In this document: piece by piece, positions 34,306 through 42,049 of the stretch
Layout: each line of letters opens with the position of its first letter
Position numbering within the stretch: the first letter of the stretch is position 1
Assembly (NCBI RefSeq): GCF_001194135.2
Contig: NC_068993.1
Location: 24,903,983-24,946,031, forward strand
Length of the DNA stretch: 42,049 bases
Origin: Octopus bimaculoides
Taxonomy: Eukaryota
Reading direction: 5' to 3'
The notes under the pieces: generated by a model
The model's input: only the letters and a program-made list of their open reading frames with translations
Databases searched by the model: none
What the model was told of the DNA's origin: nothing
Translations under genes and position numbers: made by a program

Positions 34306-36899
34306 AAGGGCACCAACTGCGAATGTTAAGAAAAAGAATAACAAAATTGGAGTGTGTGCTGATTTTCCCACTGGTTTAAACGAATGTCTTAAAATGTGCC
34401 ACTATCTGCTACCTACTCCAGAGGATATTCTTGTGAAATTAAATGGTGGCAAGAATATTTTCTAAATTGGATCTCTCTGACACGTACCTACAAATTAGAG
34501 TACTCTTTTACTTGTTTCAGTCATTTGACTGCTGCCATGCTGGAGCACCGCCTTTAGTCAAGCAAATCAACCCCAGGATTATTCTTTGTAAGCCTAGTAC
34601 TTATTCTATCTGTCTCTTTTGCCGAACCTTAGTGGACAATGAATGCTCTAAATACCTAACAATTAACACACATAAAGGACTGTATAAATACAACAGGTTA
34701 CCATTTGGCTTAAAGTTGATTAAAAGTTGCACTAGCGATTTTTCAACTGATTATGGATGCAATGTTAGCGGACTGTGAAATCACAATTCCATATATGGAT
34801 GATAAACTCATTAAGAGTGAATCCAGGGACCAACACGTAGAGCACGTAAAATATGTGCTCAAAAAAATTAGGGATTATGGCTTTACTTTGAGTGAAGAAA
34901 AGTGTGAATTTTTCTTACAGAAAAAAAGATATTTAGGACAAATCATTGACAGAAATGGACGTTGGCCAGATCTGTCAAGGGCAGACGCAATTAAAAATAT
35001 GCCCCCTTCGACAAATATTGCGATTGTACAAGCCTTTTTGAGACTGGCAAATTATTACTAAAATCATATTCCAAATATGCATAAGGTGAGGGTTCCACTG
35101 AATAGTCTGCTAAAAAAAAAGATGTGAAGTGGAATTGGTCAGAAAATTGTCAAAAGGTGTTTGACAAAATTTTTAAAAATATTAACATCTGATTTGATGT
35201 TAGCACACTTCGATACTGCAGCAGAGATTTTTGTAGCTTCAGAGGCCTCTGAGTACAATATAAGAGCAGTAATGCTACATAAATATAAAGATGGTAACAT
35301 GAAGGCAGTGGTTCATGCTTCCCATTCTCTGATATCAGCAGAAAAAATTATAATCAAATCAAAAAAGAGGCCATAAAAACATTTCACAGATTTTTACATA
35401 GTAGAAATTTTCAACATTCTATGGGCCGAAGAAAGGAATCCCTACCCATACTGTTAATAGGTTGCAATGCTGAGTACGATATTATTAAACTATGATTTTA
35501 AGCTGGAGTATATACCATCCAAGAAATTAGGTCACGCTAATTGTTTATCAAGACTGATTTCAAAAAATGCTAAACCATTTGAAGATACCTCGATTGCTGC
35601 TTTGTGAGCTGAAAATGAAATTAAAGATGTTTCATGTAATGTCATACGTGAACTACCAGTTATTTTACAAGACATAAAATCAAAATTCTAAAATGATAAA
35701 TTCATTTTAAAAAATGAAAGAAATACTGAAGTGATAAAAACATGCACAACACAAATGCAAACCATTTCTCAATGTGTGACAATGTGTTGATGTAGGCACA
35801 AAGAATCGCAGTGCCAGTCGCACTACAAAAGCGATTATTAAAGGGATTTCACAATGGCCACCCTGGGATTTCGTGAATGAAATCATTAATAAGTTATGTA
35901 TATTGGTCAACAATGGACCGTGACATTAAAGAATCAGTGAAAGCATGCAGAGGATGTGTCTTAGCTACAAAAGCTCCTACACTAAATGGCAACCATGGCC
36001 AAAAACAGATATTTCATGCTCCAGACTGCATGTTGATTACGCAGGTCCACTTAAGGGTGCATATTATCTTGTTGTGAAAGACGTTTTTCAAAGTGGCTGG
36101 ATGTGCATAAAGGTAAAAAGCTGGCATTTGTGGTTACAATAAGCTTTTTACACAAATTGTTCGCCAGTTATGGTATTCCTCAAACCATTGTATCTGGTAA
36201 TGGAACTCAGTTTACATCAGACATGTTCAGAAAATTTTGTAAAATATTCATCATTGAACATGTCACCACTCCACTGTATCATCCTAGGTGAAATGGACAA
36301 GCGGAGCGTTTTGTTGATACTTTGAAGAGGGCATTGGAAAAGGTAAACAATGAAGTAATGGATGAACTTGAACGTCAACAATTTCTAAGAGTAACACCTA
36401 ATTGGGACATCCCATCTGGAATGTCACCCACAGAATTAAAGTTTACTAGAAAGATTAGATCCATTTTAGATAAGTTGATACCGAGTGAAAATAAGTAAAA
36501 GACAAACAAAAATTCTTCAAGTTACGTGACGAAGGTTTTTTAAAACCTATAGAAATGGTAAAGAAAGCTGGGAGGATGGTGTAATTATTAAACAAATTGG
36601 AAGGATATTATTCCTGGTAAAAGGGGAAAATGTCAAACATAAAAGACACATTAACCAACTTAAAAATAGATTCACAGAAAAAACAGTCACAAGAAATAAA
36701 ATCCCCATGGAAGTATTGTATGACACGTTTGAGATACAAACACCCAAATAATTTGAAACTACACATTCTAGCACCAGAAAACGGAAAAGAACAGAAACAC
36801 TGGAATTGAACCCCAAGTGTAAGAGATATTGAAACTCCAAACAGAGTTTATTTCTCAAAAGGAGAGATGTGAGGAGAGACTAATTCTAAAAAGGGGAGA
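34306..36899 (+). mobile_element. Gypsy relic 2 (different family): 5'-truncated RT - RNase H - integrase - PPT
   Basis: APT..VKKKNNKI.VCADF.TGLN; FSKLDLSDTYLQI; INTHKGLYKYNRLPFG; YMDD (34792); ASEASEYNIRAV; HNGHPG..KACRGC; LHVDYAGP; VSGNGTQFTS; YHPR*NGQAERFVDTLKRAL; PPT aaaaaggggaga at 36888-36899. Confidence 0.92.
34500..34628 (-). mobile_element. SINE family B 3' fragment inserted into Gypsy-2 RT
   Basis: Separates ...YLQI from VDNECSKYL...; sequence tactcttttacttgtttcagtcatttgactgctgccatgctggagcaccgcc. Confidence 0.85.
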
Positions 36900-37103
36900 T
36901 GTTGTGGAAGGATTCCAACAACCCGCCAAGTGACTAAAGGTGGACTGACTCATTGTTATAAATTAAAGAACTGTGAGTGATTGGCAGTTCGGACTGGTAA
37001 GCAGTTCACTGTGAGTCATTGGCAGAGAGCATTGAATCTTGTAACCATATTGTGTCATGAAAATATTTCTTTCCCCCTGCTTCATTAAATTATATATCCA
37101 ACA
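36900..37103 (+). mobile_element. 3' LTR of Gypsy-2 (204 bp)
   Basis: Immediately after the PPT; TGTTG...CAACA terminal inverted ends; ATTAAA at 37084. No 5' LTR in the window. Confidence 0.75.
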
Positions 37104-37736
37104 CCAGGATATAAAACAGTCTAAAAAGTGAATTGTGGATGTGCAGAGGTAATCTTTCTAATATACTAACGATACTTACTATGATTCAGTTCTCATTCAG
37201 ATGAGGTTCTTACATACTAAGTCAGCTATGATTCAGTAGATCTCTGATTAAAAGTATTCCACACATAATTCAATTTATCTTGCTAAGCACAATGAATCTA
37301 GGACAACATTACTGAATGTGTGCTTTCTGTATTTATACAGTGAGTGTAATTTGAAAAACAATTTGACAGCTATGTCTAGCAAGTCCAAAAATCACAAAGA
37401 GCTTTGTCACTGGTTTACTATCACCACCCCAACATATATCTCAGCCTTTTCGCAAGGAACAGAGTGTAGTATATGTATGTATTATGTAGGTATGCTTGGA
37501 TGTAAAGTTACAAGTGAGTTTTTTGGATTTTTTTCTTCAGAAGTAAGCACTTTTCACTGTTTAGCCAAATGAGGGAAAAGTACCAATGAATCTTTACAGG
37601 GTCTCCAAGAATGGTGGGAGGGAGGAAAAATGGTATCCGTACATAGGGGACCTGGCTCAGGCAACAAAATAAGCCTATCACCCAAGTAGACCACAGTAGG
37701 ACAAAGAACTAGACCAAGTATTGCAAAGTATCCTCT

Positions 37737-37878
37737 TTCATCATCATCATCATCATCATCATCGTTTAACGTCCGCTTTCCATGCTAGCATGGGTTGGAC
37801 GATTTGACTGAGGACTGGTGAAACCGGATGGCAACACCAGGCTCCAGTCTGATTTGGCAGAGTTTCTACAGCTGGATG
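37737..37878 (-). mobile_element. SINE family C 3' part, CpG retained
   Basis: (cat)n cgtttaacgtccgctttccatgctagcatgggttggacg...ctacagctggatg. Confidence 0.85.
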
Positions 37879-38653
37879 GTTCTAATTATTTCACCAAGCC
37901 ATCACCCAAGACTAATATCATAATTATCAACTCAAGAAGGCAGGTCTGTCACCAGACTTTGATGCCTGGGGGTGCTTCAGAATATTCTGAGTAGGAACTA
38001 ATTTGTAATAATGCTAAAATAGAGTTTCAAAATTAGTGTATCCCTGTAAATCTGAGGATGCATCCTTGAATAGTCAGGAGGCAGTGCCATCCCTTAGCAA
38101 TGGTCAAGCAAGAAGAACAAAATACAAAGTTGATCTTGATCAGATTTGAACTCACAAAACAAAGAGTCAGAATAAATACTGCCAGGTATTTCAGCTGCTT
38201 CTCTAACAACCCTGCCAATTTATTTCCCCTCTTCTGTGTTTCTTTAATGCCTCCATAACTATTAAATCTATTTTCTGACTGCTGCAGGTCAAGATCTTCA
38301 TTTAGTAACAACTGAACTGAATTACCTCTGCTGATACAATTGCAGGTCTACTTTACTCACATGAAATCTAGTTCTGAATAAAGTTTACACCTGGTTTAAT
38401 AACAAGCAGAATATATTTTAACCACTTTGTGTAGAATAGAATGGTGGAGTGAGAGAGAGAGAGAGTGGTGGGGAGAAATGGATTCTCTCCCTTTCTTATA
38501 TTCCTTTAATCCTTTACTGGTTTTTGCCACAGAAGTATGGCCAAGTGGGAACACTGCAGTCACTAGATTAATCATGTATACCAACCCCAGCATTTATTTC
38601 ACTTTGATGTTTATTTTGTTGATTTTTATTTGTCAAACTAGATGTGGACAAAT

Positions 38654-38699
<46 letters not shown>

Positions 38700-38719
38700 T
38701 GTATGTATGTATGTGTATA

Positions 38720-39214
38720 TATCCTTCTATCCTTCATTCTAATAAGGTGTCCAGTCCAACGTAATTGGTGCTTGTGCACCATTGCCTCAATACTCAAGAT
38801 ATCAGCTGTCCTCAGGACCTGTGTGTCTGGAATTTTTGAGGCCCAGCCAACAATGAGAATGTGTCTGAAACATCTCTGATGAAAGCGTTCAAGGACCCTT
38901 ACCTGACGTTTGTACAGAGTCCATGTCTCACATGAGTAGAGGAGCGATGTCAGTACACATGCACGGTACACAGCAACTTTTGTTTGACTGCGATGCCATG
39001 CTGGGACCAGACACGAGACTGAAGAGACCGGAAGGAATTAGTTGCTCTCTGCAACCTGAAAGATATTTCCTCATCCAGGGAGCAAGAACAGCTGAGTGTG
39101 CTGCCCAGGTAGACAAACTTGTCTACTACCTTCAGAAGTGTTCCTTCAACCAAGATAGCTGGTTCCATATATGGATTTCCCGGTGCAGGCTGAAACATTA
39201 CAACAGTCTTGTAT
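38720..39214 (-). mobile_element. RTE LINE RT C-terminal segment (inverted part)
   Basis: KTVVMFQPAPGNPY...VVDKFVYLGSTLS...YRACVLTSLLYSCETWTLY...QLRWTGHLIRMKDRRI. Confidence 0.92.
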
Positions 39215-39386
39215 AGTGAATGGGAAAGCTTGGTCTGCAATGTTTGCAGTCGTGTATGCTTGTCAAGAGCAGGGCTCATTAGCCACCAACGGAGCCGCAA
39301 ATGCAAACTATAAGTTAGTCCTAGAGCGTACAATGTTCCTGAAGGTCGGCAATGGTCTTCCTCGGTCACGAGTGGATGGCCATCAT
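39215..39386 (+). mobile_element. RTE LINE extreme 3' end (C2H2-like finger, stop, 3'UTR)
   Basis: VCNVCSRVCLSRAGLISHQRSRKCKL* on the + strand, then a short UTR ending ggatggccatcat. Confidence 0.8.
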
Positions 39387-39397
39387 ATCTATATATA

Positions 39398-39443
<46 letters not shown>

Positions 39444-39567
39444 TATAAATATTTAGAAGATTTGTTTGTCATAGCCGGTCAGAAAGTGAGTATTGGTTCT
39501 GCACCTATAAGGTACTTAGTTGTACAGAGGACTCTTCAAACTCAAATGGCCAGAGGTACATAACCTC

Positions 39568-39787
39568 TCATCATCATCATCATCGTCGTTTAATGTCCGC
39601 TTTCCATGCTAGCATGGGTTTGACGATTTGACTGAGGAGTGGTGAAATCAGATGGCTACACCAGGCTCCAATCTGATTTGGCAGAGTTCCTACAGCTGGA
39701 TGCCCTTCCTAACGCCAACCACTCCAAGAGTGTAGTGGGTGCTTTTATGTGCCACTGGCACGAAGGCCAGTCAGGCGGTACTGGCAA
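39568..39787 (-). mobile_element. SINE family C 3' part
   Basis: (cat)n cgtcgtttaatgtccgctttccatgctagc...aacgccaaccactcc...ggcggtactggca. Confidence 0.85.
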
Positions 39788-39894
39788 GCTAGCTAGCTAC
39801 ATAGATAGATAGATACACATGAGTATGGTACTTAAGTTGAGGCACCAGAATTTAGTACGGTATTATCCACACAATTTCAAAGAAAGGTGATTAA

Positions 39895-39959
39895 AATCAA
39901 AATAAGCAACAAGGATATCCAGAGATAACCTCTCGATATCCTTGTTACTTATTTTGATT
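39895..39959. repeat. 65-bp fold-back hairpin
   Basis: aatcaaaataagcaacaaggatatc ... gatatccttgttacttattttgatt (24/25), plus inner agag/ctct. Confidence 0.9.
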
Positions 39960-40013
39960 GATAGATAGATAGATAGATAGATATGTGTAAGACCATACGT
40001 ATTTACATATAGT

Positions 40014-40020
<7 letters not shown>

Positions 40021-40082
<62 letters not shown>

Positions 40083-40792
40083 NNNNNNNNNNNNNNNNNN
40101 NNNNNNNNNNNNNNNNNNNNNNNNNNNNNNNNNNNNNNNNNNNNNNNNNNNNNNNNNNNNNNNNNNNNNNNNNNNNNNNNNNNNNNNNNNNNNNNNNNNN
40201 NNNNNNNNNNNNNNNNNNNNNNNNNNNNNNNNNNNNNNNNNNNNNNNNNNNNNNNNNNNNNNNNNNNNNNNNNNNNNNNNNNNNNNNNNNNNNNNNNNNN
40301 NNNNNNNNNNNNNNNNNNNNNNNNNNNNNNNNNNNNNNNNNNNNNNNNNNNNNNNNNNNNNNNNNNNNNNNNNNNNNNNNNNNNNNNNNNNNNNNNNNNN
40401 NNNNNNNNNNNNNNNNNNNNNNNNNNNNNNNNNNNNNNNNNNNNNNNNNNNNNNNNNNNNNNNNNNNNNNNNNNNNNNNNNNNNNNNNNNNNNNNNNNNN
40501 NNNNNNNNNNNNNNNNNNNNNNNNNNNNNNNNNNNNNNNNNNNNNNNNNNNNNNNNNNNNNNNNNNNNNNNNNNNNNNNNNNNNNNNNNNNNNNNNNNNN
40601 NNNNNNNNNNNNNNNNNNNNNNNNNNNNNNNNNNNNNNNNNNNNNNNNNNNNNNNNNNNNNNNNNNNNNNNNNNNNNNNNNNNNNNNNNNNNNNNNNNNN
40701 NNNNNNNNNNNNNNNNNNNNNNNNNNNNNNNNNNNNNNNNNNNNNNNNNNNNNNNNNNNNNNNNNNNNNNNNNNNNNNNNNNNNNNNNNNNN

Positions 40793-40823
<31 letters not shown>

Positions 40824-40882
40824 TGTGTTTGTGTGTGTGTGTGTCTGTGTGTGTGTGTGTGTGTGTGTATAATACATGTACA

Positions 40883-40943
<61 letters not shown>

Positions 40944-40955
40944 GTATGTATGTAT
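40021..40955. repeat. (TA)n - N gap (40083-40791) - (TG)n(CT)n(CA)n microsatellite block
   Basis: Direct inspection; source of the long X-containing ORFs. Other gaps: 5886-5895, 13877-13968, 21650-21697. Confidence 0.95.
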
Positions 40956-41115
40956 GTATGTTATGAAATAACATTTTTAACTGAACTCCTGTATATATGT
41001 TGTGGCTTCTCTACCTACTTCTGTAAAAGTCATTGTTACATCCTTAATAATCCGTTAGTTTGAAAGGGATTTCGCTTTTGTGTTTGGTTTGCAAGATTCT
41101 TTATGTGAATTCATA

Positions 41116-41328
41116 TTTCATTGTGTCTGGGGAGAGTCACTCTCTTTTAGTGCCTTATCATTTAACACACTCACTGGTTTAATTGCAACTCATTTATTTA
41201 TTCTTTCCAAAATTTTTGTAACGAGAATTTTAGAAAAAATAAATAACTAAATGAGTGCAAATTGAACAGGTGAGTATGTTAAATAATGAGGCACTAAAAG
41301 AGAATGACTCTCCCCAGACACAATGAAA
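41116..41328. repeat. 213-bp palindrome (fold-back)
   Basis: tttcattgtgtctggggagagtcactctcttttagtgcc...(centre ~41220)...ggcactaaaagagaatgactctccccagacacaatgaaa; outer arms nearly perfect, inner arms diverged. Confidence 0.9.
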
Positions 41329-41478
41329 GGGATTTATATTTCAAGAAACGTGTTGTGTAATAAGATACCTGAAGTGAAGAAGCTGAACACAAAATGTTCA
41401 ATAGTAGGTTGTGAATATTAGGTTGTTGAAATTAACACTTAGTCACCTCCAAATAAGAAAAGTACAAATATATATATA

Positions 41479-41865
41479 TATAATTATATTTATGTGGAGA
41501 ATGGAGCAGTAAATACAAGAAGAAGCAATCCTGTTGGGCTAGTTAGCCATTGTTTTATTATGTGGAGGTTATGTAATGAGTCATTGTGGATGTTATGTAA
41601 TTAGTCATTTACGCACGTTTCAATCTGGCCAATGGTTTGGCAGATCTCTTCAGAATGTTGAGGAGTATGTTAAGAGTTCATGCTGTGAGAGTTGTAGGAG
41701 AAGTGATTAGTGGATATATTAATTATATGGTGGTATAATAATAACGTTAGGTAAAGAAAGCCTTACGTTACATAACCTCCACATAATAAAACAATGGCTA
41801 ACTAGCCCAACAGAATTGCTTCTTCTTGTATTTACTGCTCCATTCTCCACATAAATATAATTATA
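41479..41865. mobile_element. Young MITE-like element with 98-bp TIRs
   Basis: Arms 41479-41576 and 41768-41865 are reverse complements with 1 mismatch (caatcc/caattc); 191-bp spacer; left end abuts a (TA)n run. Confidence 0.7.
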
Positions 41866-42049
41866 AACTACGGTTTAAACAGTAAATTACCTGCCTCTGG
41901 ATGCCCTCTAACCAAGACGGTACCCGCACAGGAGATTCCCAGGAGTGCCTCCAGATTTAAACATCCCCTGGTTGCTTGGATGCTTCAGACTACCCCTGAA
42001 GGATTGAGGCAAGCCTATCATTTATATATATATATATATATATATATAT

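Noticed and set aside
36547-36858. 103-aa hydrophobic minus-strand ORF
   Set aside because: Antisense to the A-rich 3' end of Gypsy-2.

Overview
AT-rich, microsatellite- and repeat-dense eukaryotic scaffold with 6 N-gaps. The SINE families and (CA)/(TA)/(GATA)/(TAT) content look like an Octopus-type cephalopod genome (inference). I can support one protein-coding gene, which the ORF track misses because it is spliced. It has four + strand coding exons (910-1054, 25469-25549, 25985-26063, 28274-28469) with canonical GT-AG sites and matching phases (1/1/2). They join into a 166-aa ORF: signal peptide, ~45-aa N-glycosylated ectodomain, one TM helix and a ~69-aa cytoplasmic tail with several tyrosine motifs. 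I do not recognise a family; the architecture is that of a transmembrane adaptor. The rest is decayed mobile DNA: four SINE families, RTE, CR1-like and R4/Dong-like LINE pieces, two abutting Gypsy relics (one with PPT + LTR), hAT MITEs and several fold-back hairpins. Main leads: (1) the adaptor-like gene; (2) a CpG-decay footprint that switches on ~16 kb inside intron 1 and off near 31 kb; (3) an RTE insertion with an inverted 5' part (twin-priming-like); (4) inverted SINEs around the TM exon; (5) pre-miRNA-sized hairpins; (6) a chimeric Gypsy junction. SINE and LINE boundaries are approximate; no databases were searched.
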